Shown in pieces: positions 42,309-55,033 of a stretch of 64,000 nt of DNA (positions within the stretch are counted from its first letter, which is position 1; each line of letters starts with the position of its first letter). A model generated the notes under the pieces. It worked only from the letters and a program-made list of their open reading frames with translations, had not been told where the DNA came from and made no database searches. A program made the position numbers and the translations under genes. Where the stretch lies: positions 470,286 through 534,285 of the forward strand of contig NIVC01000598.1 in NCBI GenBank assembly GCA_002269645.1, in the 5' to 3' direction. The DNA comes from Macrostomum lignano (lineage: Eukaryota).

Positions 42309-43611
42309 ATGTCCTTATCGAGCATTGCCGTCATCGTGGCCATCTGGAGCTCTCGAGCTGCCGGTGAGACCTTCGTCTTCGACAAGAGGCCGGACCTGTG
42401 CTTCGCGGAGGCGGCCCCGGCTGCTGGCGACCAGCGCAAAGTGCTCGGAGTTGTTGACTCTCGAGTGTGCGCGGTTGAGTGCGCGGTCAACACCAGTTTG
42501 TGCTCCGTCTACCAATACCTGCCTGGCAACAAATCCTGCGTCCTTGGCAACAGCTGCGACCTGCTGCTGAAGTGGCAGAGCACCGGCGGGCCGGCGTGCG
42601 ACACGCAGACGCTTCGAGATCGGGCAGCGTGCGGGACCACAGCATCATCTACTGTCTCGACTACAGCTACAACCCAAACAACAACCACTGCACAAACCGC
42701 ATTTCATGGTAAATTGAGCATGAGATCTTCCGATCTAAATGCCGGGTCATGGGTGCCATTAGCGAACACTGTATCAGATTATAGCAATACAACACATGGA
42801 ACTTCTTCCAGCTCCTCCGTCGGACTCGAGCAACCAAACTGGATCGGTGCAGACTTTCACTCCGCCGACCGACGGCTGCTATCGAATCTCGGCTTGGGGC
42901 GCCAGAGGCGGCAAGTCATCCGCTAACGCGAACGGCGGCAGAGGCGCATTCAAGAGCGCCAATTTCATGCTGACCACGTCGCAAACTCTCACGCTTGTTG
43001 TTGGCAAGCCGGGAAACAGCGGCAGCAGCGGCGGAGGAGGCGGAGGAGGCGGAGGAGGCGGAGGAGGCGGCAGCTTTGTGTACACAACCGGCGACAACAC
43101 GCTGCTGCTGGCGGCCGGTGGCGGAGGAGGCGGCGGCGCCGAGTCGTCCTCGTCGGTCGGCAGAAACGGAACAAGCAGCACCGGAGGCTCTTGCGGCACA
43201 TCAGACGAACAAGGCGGTGACGGAGACAGCAACGATAACTCTGGCGCGGGCGGAGCTGGCTGGAGCTCAGACGGAGCAGCTCGAGCCACTGGCAATGGCG
43301 GAGGCCACGGTGGAAGAGGCATCGGCGGCAGCTGGGCCGGCGGCAACGCGGGAACGGGCAGCAACGGCTTCGGCGGCTACGGCGGAGGCGGCGGAGGCGG
43401 CAACAACGATGGTGACAAGGGAGGCGGCGGTGGAGGCGGCGGCTTCTCTGGCGGTTGCGGAGGATCCGGCGACAGCGATGACGGCTACGGAGGCAGCGGC
43501 GGCAGCTACGCGAGCTCATCCGGCAAGCAGGCCGCGGGAACGACAGGCGGCAACGGTGAAGTCTTCGGCAAGGTGAGCATCGCTCAGGTGGACGGCTCTC
43601 TGTGCCATTAA
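42309..43611 (+). CDS. copy A: secreted PAN/apple-like + Thr stalk + ALK/LTK-type glycine-rich protein, 399 aa; exons 42309-42708 and 42812-43611
   Basis: Signal-peptide-like N-terminus and an 8-Cys domain with CAVEC...CSVYQY...CVL. A 103-nt phase-1 intron (G|GTAAAT...TTCCAG) joins the two ORFs into TFTPPTDGCYRISAWGARGG...GGRGA...LTLVVGKPG...GGGGSFVY...LLLAAGGGGG. Confidence 0.85.
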
Positions 43612-44294
43612 CATGAGCACTCAGTCATTAGTTTGCTACTGTTTATAAATACAGGAAAATAAGGGGCTTGTGAATTGGATCAACTATTTGAAGGAGCGTC
43701 ATTTGAATTAACGTTGGGTTGGAAGATGTTGAGTGACAAACCAGCAACTTTGCAATCGTACAATTAAGACTTCTTACTTTCTGAATATATTTTTGATTAA
43801 ATATTTTTTCTTCACAAAGCCAATTCATTACGCGTATCGATTGACTTTCTCTTTTGTACTGCTCAGTTCTGAATTATGATTTATGCAGCCATGACCATAT
43901 TAGCCGTAATCCACTGACCCATGGTAACAAGCTTGAGTGCTTTGTCACAAAAATAAAAATTTTGTTCTGGTACAATTTGATTTTTTTCGAATGTCTTTAT
44001 ATAAAAGTTTCACTACTTACAGTAGGGTGACGTGTATTAGCAACTGCAAACTGGTTTTGTTGAACTTAAATAAATGGGCGAGTCATTCTGATGCAGTGGT
44101 TTCTCTTTAAATTCTCTAGCAAAAGGCAGCGTTCACCTATTCGAGTATATTTTATAAAGCAGTCTTTCTCTAATAAACTGAAATACGTTAATACGAGCAA
44201 TTTACTCTCTATAGCAACGTTATGGCTCTGTGACTTCTTCACGCTTAAGTCAGGCTTTGGAAGGATCTAAAAGCTGTGCGATCAGTGCTAGGCA

Positions 44295-45720
44295 CATTGG
44301 AAGGGTACAGTGGAAGGTTACAGTGGGTTCGCAGAGTTGAAGGGCACAGTGGAAGGGTACAGTGGAATGTCACAGTGGAAGGGCACAGTGGAAGGGCACA
44401 GTGGAAGGGCACAGTGGAAGGGCACAGTGGAAGGGTACAGTGGAAGGGTACAGTGGAAGGGCACAGTGGAAGGGCACAGTGGAAGGGCACAGTGGAAGGG
44501 CACAGTGGAAGGGCACAGTGGAAGGGTACAGTGGAAGGGTACAGTGGAAGGGCACAGTGTGGAAGGGTACAGTGGAAGGGCACAGTGGAAGGGTACAGTG
44601 GAAGGGTACAGTGGAAGGGCACAGTGTGGAAGGGTACAGTGGAAGGGCACAGTGGAAGGGTACAGTGGAAGGGTACAGTGGAAGGGTACAGTGGAAGGGT
44701 ACAGTGGAAGGGTACAGTAGAAGGGTACAGTAGAAGGGTACAGTGGAATGTCACAGTGGAAGGGCACAGTGGAAGGGCACAGTGGAAGGGCACAGTGGAA
44801 GGGCACAGTGGAAGGGTACAGTGGAAGGGCACAGTGTGGAAGGCTACAGTGGAAGGGCACAGTGGAAGGGCACAGTGGAAGGGCACAGTGGAAGGGCACA
44901 GTGGAAGGGCACAGTGTGGAAGGGTACAGTGGAAGGGCACAGTGGAAGGGTACAGTGGAAGGGTACAGTGGAAGGGCACAGTGTGGAAGGGTACAGTGGA
45001 AGGGCACAGTGTGGAAGGGTACAGTGGAAGGGCACAGTGGAAGGGTACAGTGGAAGGGTACAGTGGAAGGGTACAGTGGAAGGGTACAGTGGAAGGGTAC
45101 AGTAGAAGGGTACAGTAGAAGGGTACAGTGGGTTCGCAGAGTTGAAGGGTACAGTGGAAGGGTACAGTGGAAGGGTACAGTGGAAGGGTACAGTGGAAGG
45201 GTACAGTGGAAGGGTACAGTGGAAGGGTACAGTGGAAGGGTACAGTGGAAGGGTACAGTGGAAGGGTACAGTAGAAGGGTACAGTGGGTTCGCAGAGTTG
45301 AACGACACAGTGGAAGGGTACAGTGGAAGGGTACAGTGGAAGGGCACAGTGTGGAAGGGTACAGTGGAAGGGCACAGTGGAAGGGTACAGTGGAAGGGTA
45401 CAGTGGAAGGGTACAGTAGAAGGGTACAGTGGGTTCGCAGAGTTGAACGACACAGTGGAAGGGTACAGTTGAAGGGCACAGTGGGTTCGCAGAGTTGAAC
45501 GACACAGTGGAAGGGTACAGTGGAAGGGCACAGTGTGGAAGGGTACAGTGGAAGGGCACAGTGGAAGGGTACAGTGGAAGGGCACAGTGGAAGGGTATAG
45601 TGGAAGGGTACAGTAGAAGGGTACAGTGGGTTCGCAGAGTTGAACGACACAGTGGAAGGGTACAGTTGAAGGGCACAGTGGGTTCGCAGAGTTGAAGGGC
45701 AGAGTTGAAGGGCACATTGA
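44295..45720. repeat. 13-bp satellite (CAGTGGAAGGG[C/T]A)n between copies A and B
   Basis: Direct reading. Confidence 0.97.
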
Positions 45721-46879
45721 GTAATTCATCTCCACTTGAGAGCCGCGCGTGTCTCCGCTGCAAATATCCCGGCAATTTCATGAACCTGCTGTACGAATCA
45801 CTGAACGACTTGCTTCCAGGCTTACCTGACGCCTTCTTCTTCTTGGCCGAGCTGCTCCATTGCGGCTAGCAGAGATTGTAGCCGACTTGGCTCTCCCTCG
45901 TCCCGCAGACTTTGTTGGATCGCCTGCTGTCTTGGCTGGCTCCTTGCTCATTGCGTCCGGTTAGAGTCGCTGCAACGCCACTGTTATGGCTGAGACGGAT
46001 CACTGGCTTATTGGTTCATGGCTGATAAACGCCAAAATGTGTTATCAAGCTCAACTTTAATTTTTTCTACGAGTGCTAGCATTTCATATGCGCATCGCAT
46101 CTTTCAGCTACAAGCCGATGAAAATAAATGGTAGCAGTCCGTGCTGGCGATTCAAGTCTGTGATCGAGCCAGAGCAAACATTATGTGGGAAAAAGCGCCC
46201 ATCAGCTGGGATGTTCTACAAGTGTTTTAGTTAAGGTTTCTAAGCGAAACTCCCATGCCAGCAGTATCATAGTTTGAGGGATTGGGGGCCAGTGGCAGCT
46301 GATTGACTACAGAACTCGAATGATCTTTCCTTTAGAAAAAACCTTAAAGAATAATCACTGCATCAGACTGACTCGCCCGTTTATTCCAGTTCAACAAAAC
46401 CAGTTCAGAAATACGTGTCACCCTACTGTAAGTAGCAAAACTCGGATAGCTTTTTACATGAAAACGTTCAGAGAAAGGATCAAGTCTTTCAAGAAAAAAA
46501 GTTTAATTTTTCAGACAAAGCACTCAAGCTTGTTAACATGGGTCAGTGGATTACGGCAAATATGGTCATGCCTGCATAAATCATAATTCACAACTGAACA
46601 GCACAAAACCAGCAGAGAAAGTCAAACAAAGCTTGGCTCGCTTTGTGAATAAACGAATTTTATATTCAATATTTAATTAGAAAGATCACCCTAGGTTGCA
46701 AGCAAAATATAATATAAATATTTAATCATAAATATTCAATCATATCATTTTGGATTAAATCATAAATATAATCAAAAATTAATAAAAAATGACGTTCCTT
46801 CAAATAGTTGATCCAATTCACAAGCCCCTTATTTTCCTGTATTTATAAACAGTAGCAAACTAATGACTGAGTGCTCATG

Positions 46880-47835
46880 TTAATGGCACAGAGAGCCGTC
46901 CACCTGAGCGATGCTCACCTTGCCGAAGACTTCACCGTTGCCGCCTGTCGTTCCCGCGGCCTGCTTGCCGGATGAGCTCGCGTAGCTGCCGCCGCTGCCT
47001 CCGTAGCCGTCATCGCTGTCGCCGGATCCTCCACAACCGCCAGAGAAGCCGCCGCCTCCACCGCCGCCTCCCTTGTCACCATCGTTGTTGCCGCCTCCTC
47101 CGCCTCCGCCAAAGCCGCCGAAGCCGTTGCTGCCCGTTCCCGCGTTGCCGCCGGCCCAGCTGCCGCCGATGCCTCTTCCACCGTGGCCTCCGCCATTGCC
47201 AGTGGCTCGAGCTGCTCCGTCTGAGCTCCAGCCAGCTCCGCCCGCGCCAGAGTTATCGTTGCTGTCTCCGTCACCGCCTTGTCCGTCGGATGTGCCGCAA
47301 GAGCCTCCGGTGCTGCTTGTTCCGTCCTTACCGACCGACGAGGAAGACTCGGCGCCGCCGCCTCCTCCGCCACCGGCCGCCAGCAGCAGCGTGTTGGGGC
47401 CGGTTGTGTACACAAAGCTGCCGCCTCCTCCGCCTCCTCCGCCTCCTCCGCCTCCTCCGCCGCTGCTGCCGCTGTTTCCCGGCTTGCCAACAACAAGCGT
47501 GAGAGTTTGCGACGTGGTCAGCATGAAATTGGCGCTCTTGAATGCGCCTCTGCCGCCGTTCGCGTTAGCGGATGACTTGCCGCATCTGGCGCCCCAAGCC
47601 GAGATTCGATAGCAGCCGTCGGTCGGCGGAGTGAAAGTCTGCACCGATCCAGTTTGGTTGCTCGAGTCCGACGGAGGAGCTGGAGGGAGTTCCGTATGTT
47701 GTATTGCTATAGTCTGATACAGTGCTCGCTAATGGCACCCATGACCCGGCATTTAGATCGGAAGATCTCATGCTCAATTTACCATGAAATGCGGTTTGTG
47801 CAGTGGTTGCTGTTTGGGTTGTAGTTGTAGCTGTC
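46880..47835 (-). pseudogene. copy B: inverted, 5'-truncated paralogue (exon 2 46880-47679 intact, intron 47680-47782, only ~50 nt of exon 1)
   Basis: Reverse-strand match to copy A; homology stops near 47835, so it lacks the ATG, signal peptide, PAN-like domain and X-box; Gly-to-Cys change in WGARGG. Confidence 0.75.
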
Positions 47836-48077
47836 GACTGAATCCTTCGGGAACTTATGTCAATAAAACTCTCTTATTTGAAGTAAATTCTTATAGAATG
47901 AACCACGTTAATGCGCAGACTCTCTATAGCTTTCAGCGATCACAAAAGTTGTAGCTGTGTGACTTCATCATGCAATGGGTCGGTATGTGACAGTGTCAGG
48001 CTTTTGGGCTCCTCGCAACTGCCGGAATGCAGATTCCAGAAGTTCGCCATCTGCACATGGGAATGCACGGTTGAGAA

Positions 48078-48895
48078 GGATCTCGAGCATGCAGTCTCCC
48101 ATCTGTCAGATCTCGAGCATGCAGTCTCCTATCTGTCGGATCTCGAGCATGCAGTCTCCCATCTGTCGGATCTCGAGCATGCAGTCTCCTATCTGTCGGA
48201 TCTCGAGCATGTGAGCATGCAGTCTCCTATCTGTCGGATCTCGAGCATGCAGTCTCCCATCTGTCGGATCTCGAGCATGCAGTCTCCCATCTGTCAGATC
48301 TCGAGCATGTGAGCATGCAGTCTCCTATCTGTCGGATCTCGAGCATGCAGTCTCCCATCTGTCAGATCTCGAGCATGCAGTCTCCTATCTGTCGGATCTC
48401 GAGCATGTGAGCATGCAGTCTCCTATCTGTCGGATCTCGAGCATGTGAGCATGCAGTCTCCCATCTGTCGGATCTCGAGCATGTGAGCATGCAGTCTCCT
48501 ATCTGTCGGATCTCGAGCATGCAGTCTCCTATCTGTCGGATCTCGAGCATGTGAGCATGCAGTCTCCTATCTGTCGGATCTCGAGCATGTGAGCATGCAG
48601 TCTCCCATCTGTCGGATCTCGAGCATGCAGTCTCCCATCTGTCGGATCTCGAACATGTGAGCATGCAGTCTCCCATCTGTCGGATCTCGAACATGTGAGC
48701 ATGTAGTCTCCCATCTGTCGGATCTCGAACATGTGAGCATGCAGTCTCCCATCTGTCGGATCTCGAACATGTGAGCATGCAGTCTCCCATCTGTCGGATC
48801 TCGAACATGTGAGCATGCAGTCTCCCATCTGTCGGATCTCGAACATGTGAGCATGCAGTCTCCCATCTGTCGGATCTCGAGCATGCAGTCTTCCA
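48078..48895. repeat. 30/38-bp minisatellite (GCATGCAGTCTCCCATCTGTCGGATCTCGA[GCATGTGA])
   Basis: Direct reading. Confidence 0.96.
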
Positions 48896-50015
48896 TCTGT
48901 CGGTCTGAGAGCCCAAGCGCAACATATGCGGCACGAGACCGAAGAGGTAGCAACATCAAGGCCGCCTGTCTGCCACCGTCAGCACCGTATATGCACTATA
49001 GAGCATTTTCTGCGTTAGAGTCAAAGAAAGCGCTACCCTGTTAAATAGTTAAAGACATGTAAAGTCATGTTGAAGACATCTACATGTAAATGCAGCTCAG
49101 TTCAAAGCTACTTCGGCGCTGCCATCACAGGAGCCCAATATTTGCGTAATCACACGACTCGTTCACAAGCTGCTGTATCTTTGTACATCCTATGTGTGAT
49201 TTCATGGCAGCGTGAACGAGCTATTGAGTCACATCACTGACGTAACAAGCAACAACAAAAGTGAAGAATATTACAGAGGCGAGGGAGATATTTTTAAGTG
49301 GTGTCCAATCGAAATTCTCTGTGCCAGTATCATCAGTGCTATTGGCAGCTCATTGACTACCAAAATGGTCTCTGACAAGGTCAATTCACTAATAATTTTG
49401 TTTTTCTGGCTTTTAGAGGGCTTTTATATAACTTCCCGACGGATTCAGTCGATTCTTTGCCTGAAATCTCTCTTGCCTTAAATGCTTTGTCGCCCGTAGT
49501 GCCTTCAGTATGGTTCTGTCAGCAAGCCTAAAACTAGAAAGAAAATATGCACCACCCCCCAACACTGATGGCGCGCCAGGCATACCATGGGTCTCATTTA
49601 ACATCAGCTTAAAATGGAAGAGCTGAAATATCGACCGCTAATGGATAGCCTTCCCTCAAAAGAGAAGTTCTTTGGGTAACGACGCTAAGTGCCTTCACGA
49701 ATAGAGATTACTATAGAAAGTTTGCCAAGTCGTTTGTTGCAGAGCACCCATCCATTCTTAAGACTCGTCTCTCAGTAGACCGTGATAAGCCCCCCATTGG
49801 TAGAAATTTTTGTGGCACAGACTTTAACAAAAACTGAGTCTTTTTGCGTTTTCTAACATTTACAGCTTTTATCTCCCCATCAGGAGTTATCCCCTCCCAT
49901 TATCGCCTCCCATTTCAAGCTACGCTCGTACGCTACTGTGGCCTCTCGTTTCCCACTCTCGCTCCCCTCCTCTCTCACTCTCTCACATTTTCTCTCTGTC
50001 AGTTTGTTTCTCAAA

Positions 50016-50029
50016 GTTTCCATGGAAAC
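50016..50029. promoter_or_regulatory. RFX X-box-like palindrome GTTTCCATGGAAAC upstream of copy C
   Basis: Same motif, at -168 from the ATG. Confidence 0.65.
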
Positions 50030-50183
50030 ATTAGGCAGGCCCCAAGACAATAGACTTTCCTACTAAAGCAGAGTTTGACTGCATCGGGTCTGCGCTACTT
50101 CCCCAGTTTGTTGAGATTCTCAAGCTCACAGCCTCTCACTCAGTGCTGCCTTCTCATTCCTACTTACTGGACGGCCTTCCAAA

Positions 50184-51696
50184 ATGTCCTTATCGAGCAT
50201 TGCCGTCATCGTGGCCATCTGGAGCTCTCGAGCTGCCGGTGAGACCTTCGTCTTCGACAAGAGGCCGGACCTGTGCTTCGCGGAGGCGGCCCCGGCTGCT
50301 GGCGACCAGCGCAAAGTGCTCGGAGTTGTTGACTCTCGAGTGTGCGCGGTTGAGTGCGCGGTCAACACCAGTTTGTGCTCCGTCTACCAATACCTGCCTG
50401 GCAACAAATCCTGCGTCCTTGGCAACAGCTGCGACCTGCTGCTGAAGTGGCAGAGCACCGGCGGGCCGGCGTGCGACACGCAGACGCTTCGAGATCGGGC
50501 AGCGTGCGCGTCCACGAGCGACACTGCAGCCACAACTGCAGCCTCGACTGGAGCAGTTGCTACTACAACTACAACTACAACACCAACTACAACTACAACT
50601 ACAACATCAACTACAACTACAACACCAACTACAACTACAACACCAACTACAACTACAACACCAACTACAACTACAACACCAACTACAACTACAACATCAA
50701 CTACAACTACAACACCAACTACAACTACAACACCAACTACAACTACAACTACGACTACAACTACAACCCAAACAACAACCACTGCACAAACCGCATTTCA
50801 TGGTAAGTTGAGCATGAGATCTTCCGATCTAAATGCCGGGTCATGGGTGCCATTAGCGAGCACTGTATCAGACTATAGCAATACAACATACGGAACTCCC
50901 TCCAGCTCCTCCGTCGGACTCGAGCAACCAAACTGGATCGGTGCAGACTTTCACTCCGCCGACCGACGGCTGCTATCGAATCTCGGCTTGGGGCGCCAGA
51001 GGCGGCAAGTCATCCGCTAACGCGAACGGCGGCAGAGGCGCATTCAAGAGCGCCAATTTCATGCTGACCACGTCGCAAGCTCTCACGCTTGTTGTTGGCA
51101 AGCCGGGAAACAGCGGCAGCAGCGGCGGAGGAGGCGGAGGAGGCGGAGGAGGCGGCAGCTTTGTGTACACAACCGGCCCCAACACGCTGCTGCTGGCGGC
51201 CGGTGGCGGAGGAGGCGGCGGCGCCGAGTCTTCCTCGTCGGTCGGTAAGGACGGAACAAGCAGCACCGGAGGCTCTTGCGACACATCCGACGGACAAGGC
51301 GGTGACGGAGACAGCAACGATAACTCTGGCGCGGGCGGAGCTGGCTGGAGCTCAGACGGAGCAGCTCGAGCCACTGGCAATGGCGGAGGCCACGGTGGAA
51401 GAGGCATCGGCGGCAGCTGGGCCGGCGGCAACGCGGGAACCGGCAGCAACGGCTTCGGCGGCTTTGGCGGAGGCGGAGGAGGCGGCAACAACGATGGTGA
51501 CAATGGAGGCGGCGGCGGAGGAGGCGGCTTCTCTGGCGGTTGTGGAGGATCCGGCGACAGCGATGACGGCTACGGAGGCAGCGGCGGCAGCTACGCGAGC
51601 TCATCCGGCAAGCAGGCCGCGGGAACGACAGGCGGCAACGGTGAAGTCTTCGGCAAGGTGAGCATCGCTCAGGTGGACGGCTCTCTGTGCAGTTAA
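50184..51696 (+). CDS. copy C: secreted PAN-like + 98-aa Thr/Pro stalk + Gly-rich protein, 469 aa; exons 50184-50802 and 50906-51696
   Basis: Same structure; 103-nt phase-1 intron G|GTAAGT...CTCCAG; open frame. Confidence 0.85.
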
Positions 51697-51884
51697 CATG
51701 AGCGCGCACTGATACTCGTCATTTTTTATTGTTACAAACACTGGAAAACAATCAGCTTGCATACTTGCGCGACGGCTCTGCGCAAGAGGTGCACGGTGAT
51801 GGGCGGCACTTCTCGAAAAAGTTCCCCTGCCCTATCCCGCGACCAAAGCGTGGTTAGTTACATCAGCCTAATTAAATATCTTAC

Positions 51885-52107
51885 TACACTACACCTGTCC
51901 ACGGCTGTTCAGTGCAAGGACTGGGGGGTCGCCACACACAGCCTCAATTACCCCAGCTAATGCTGGCACCCATTTTACAGCTGGGTGAACTGAAGCAATG
52001 CAGAGTTAAGTGTCTTGCTCAAAGACACGAATTGTTCCGAGTGGGTCAGGAATCGAACCCCCGACCTTTTAGTTGTGAGTCCAACGCTCCAACCTATAAC
52101 CTAAGGC
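51885..52107 (-). mobile_element. tRNA-derived SINE with a conserved-type central domain
   Basis: Minus strand has a tRNA-like head with B box GGTTCGATTCC, followed by GTGTCTTTGAGCAAGACACTT...TTCACCCAGCTGTAAAATGGGTGCC, a body pattern typical of ancient metazoan SINEs. Left boundary is approximate. Confidence 0.7.
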
Positions 52108-52224
52108 TACAACCCAACCTACCTGTCCTTTATTACGTACAGCACATTAGCGCTTATCCATTGAGAATTCCAAAGTAGTCATGGTCCAAAAATTGAGTAT
52201 TGCGTATTAAATAAAATTCTGACA

Positions 52225-54542
52225 ACAACAAACAACAAAATACGCTGTCAGGATGGCAAAAGTCAGCATCACAGGGCGCGCTTCATGGCTTGGGCGCGAA
52301 CAAAGGCCGCACCACAGGCAGTGTCCGGGGCGCCGGCGTCAGCCAGCAGACAGTCGACATAACGCCGAGTTCGCGCTTGTCCTCGCCGGTAGGGTGCCTG
52401 CAGCGTGAGCAGCAGCACCTCCTGCACCGGCTGTGGGCAGTACGACTCGGCGCGGATGAGATGGCCTGCGAGCTGGAGTCGCCGACGGCGCAGTAGATCG
52501 CTTGGACGTGGCAGGCCAGCGCGGCGATAGAGTGCCGCGTTGGTGACTCGCTCGACGCCGATGTTGAAGGCGACGCGCAGCAGGCCAGCGTGCGCCGCAT
52601 CGACTTGCTGTTCGAGTGAGTCCGTCAGCGTCCAGGTCTCGGCGTTGTACAGCAGGACGGTCTCGATTACCGCCTGGAACAGCGCCGCCCTCTGGCGGTC
52701 CGGTAGGGCCTCGGACTGCAGGACTGCCCTCACAGAACGAAAGGCAGCCCAGGCAAGCCCGCGGCGGCGTCGCAGGTCCTCGCGAGCGTCTGGAACCAGA
52801 CCGCCGAGGTAGACGAACTGCTGACATCGCGGGAGTTCGGTCGCCTGCCCGTCAGTGCCTCGGCAGAATATTACAGTCTCGATGTCGTCCGGCACGCAGA
52901 GCACAACGGTCTTCTGCGTGTTGACCACCAGGCCGACGCTCGCCGCAACGGCAACTAGCGTGTCCAGCTGCCGTTGGGCGCCCTCGACGGTCGAGGACCG
53001 CAAGGCGAGGTCGTCGGCGTAGCCAAGCACGCTGAGCCGTTTCTCCGGTTGACGTCGACCCACGCGTCGCCGCAGCAGAAAACCGTCGTCGTCGGTAGGA
53101 AGAGCAATCCGCAGCACCCAGTCAAGCACCAGGACGAACAGGAACGGCGCCAGCGTATCTCCCTGAAGCACTCCGGAGGATGTCTCAAAGGAGTCCGATA
53201 GGCCATCCGGTGTTGTCACAGCAGCTGTCGTATCACGGTACATCGCCATGATGGCGGAGATCAGCTGCTTAGGCACGTTGTACGCGTGGAGCACCATTGG
53301 AAGCACGGCTCTGACAACCGAGTCGAATGCCTTCTTGAAATCGATAAAGATTAGAATCAGGATCGACTGGCGAATCCGCGCCTCCTCGATGACTCGGCGA
53401 AGAGCCAGGATCTGCGCCACTGTGCCGCGATGGGGCCGGAACCCGTTCTGCTCTGGGCGCAGGTACGGATCCAGCACGGGCTGCAACCGCGAAAGCAGCA
53501 TCCGGTTGAACAGCTTCGCTGCACAGGACTGAAGGCAGATGCCTCGATGGTCTTCAAGCCTAGTGGTGCCCGGCTTCTTTGGAACAGCGACGATGTGCGC
53601 CGATGTGTGCCGTGGTCCATTCGTTGGGCGCCGCCTCACCGAAGAGCACGCGGTTCATCACTCTAGCGACCTCAGCGGCCACACAGGGGATGCGCAGCGC
53701 CTCGATGGGCACCTCGTCCGGACCCAGCGCTTTCCCGCCCGGTGACTGCTGGGCGAGCTTGACAACGTCGGCTGCGTTGACTGGGGCTACGCTGAAACTC
53801 TTCTCTGCCGGCAACGGCGTCTCCGGCGGCAGCGTCAGACTGTCTGGCAGCGGGGGTGGCGGCGCGTTAACGATGGCGGCGAAGAACTCGCGCAGCTCGT
53901 TCCTGCGCTCGTCCGGAGTGTCACCAGCCAGGTTCAGCGGATTGCGCCGCTTTCGCCCCGTCAGAGCGTTGATGGCGGACCAGGCCACGCGCTCTCTGGC
54001 ATCGGGCCCAGCGGCAGAGACAGCCAGAATGGCGTCATCGACAGCCGCTTGTTGGCGCTGCAGGTAGACAGCCGCCAGAGCTGCCTCTGCCTCGCGGGTT
54101 GGTCGCCTGCTCAAGCGGAGCCTCTCCAGATCTTTCCTCGCTGCCTGAATCGCAGGGTCGTCCTGCCAGACCGGCTGCCCACGTTGAGCCGGTTGCATCA
54201 TCGGGACTACTTGCTCCGCGGTGGTTCTGACTGCAGCGCACACTTCCGCATACTCGGCACTTCCACGCTTGTCGCCCAGCGCGGTGTTAAAGGCGCTAGC
54301 AAAGCGACGCTGCGTATCGGTGGCTCTGAGCGCGCGGTAGTAGCACCGCGGTGGCCGCTTCGGCGGACGGTAGAGCGGATCGCAAAGGTTGAGGTCGCAG
54401 ATGAGGAGCCGGTGATCGGACCGCAGAGCCAGCGGCGTGATGGTGCGGCAGTTGACGGCGCGACGACGCTCACGGAAACGCACGAGCACGTGGTCGAGCT
54501 GTGCTTGTCTCCGGGTTGCGTACCTGCCACGCGCAGGAACGC
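52225..54542 (-). mobile_element. 5'-truncated RTE-clade non-LTR retrotransposon (APE C-terminus and RT), one frameshift
   Basis: SDH motif of APE; RT motifs EQNGFRPHRG, IDFKKAFDSV, GVLQGDTLAPFLF, YADDL, YLGG; short 3' UTR with TTG-rich tail; 10-bp TSD AATTCTGACA at 52215-52224 and 54543-54552. Confidence 0.93.
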
Positions 54543-55033
54543 AATTCTGACAGCTTGCTTTATATAGCTTCATCTTACCACTTCTAGTAGGCTAGTTGTA
54601 AAAATCCTCCAAGAAATGTACAAAGGCGACAAAAAAAGTAGAATCCGTGAATAGTAACCACGTGCGATGGCCGCATAAACGAGCTCTTAACATGGAGCTG
54701 GAAGTATTAAAATCACTTCTCCATAGTTGATAAGGAGCACTGATTAAAAAATTCGCTATTTAACGCAATAATTCTTTGAAATACGTGCGATGGTCAAAAT
54801 GTGCGCTTGTACCCCAAACTCGGTACTTTAGCGGCATCGATCAACTTATCCTCATGAGTAGAGATTTCTAAAGAGAACCATTTTTCCACGTCGTTTTTGC
54901 GGAGGACCCAACCCATTCCCACGACTGGTCTTTATTTTCTCCCCTCTCGCTCTACGTCCCCACCTTTCCCCGCTCTCCCTCCCCTCCTTTCTCGCTCTCT
55001 CACATGTTTCCCTCTGTCAGTTTGTTTCTCAAA

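Noticed and set aside
42309-42926. Unspliced 205-aa ORF (and the 278- and 256-aa equivalents) as the true product
   Set aside because: It reads through a conserved 103-nt GT-AG intron; splicing gives one coherent protein in all three copies.
42879-43576. Antisense Pro/Arg-rich and alternative-frame Ala/Glu-rich ORFs over the Gly-rich genes (also at copies B, C, D)
   Set aside because: Shadows of GGC/GGA codon runs; only the Gly frame has domain motifs and a phase-compatible intron.
52040-52107. tRNA gene
   Set aside because: No acceptor-stem pairing found, and it continues into a SINE-type body.
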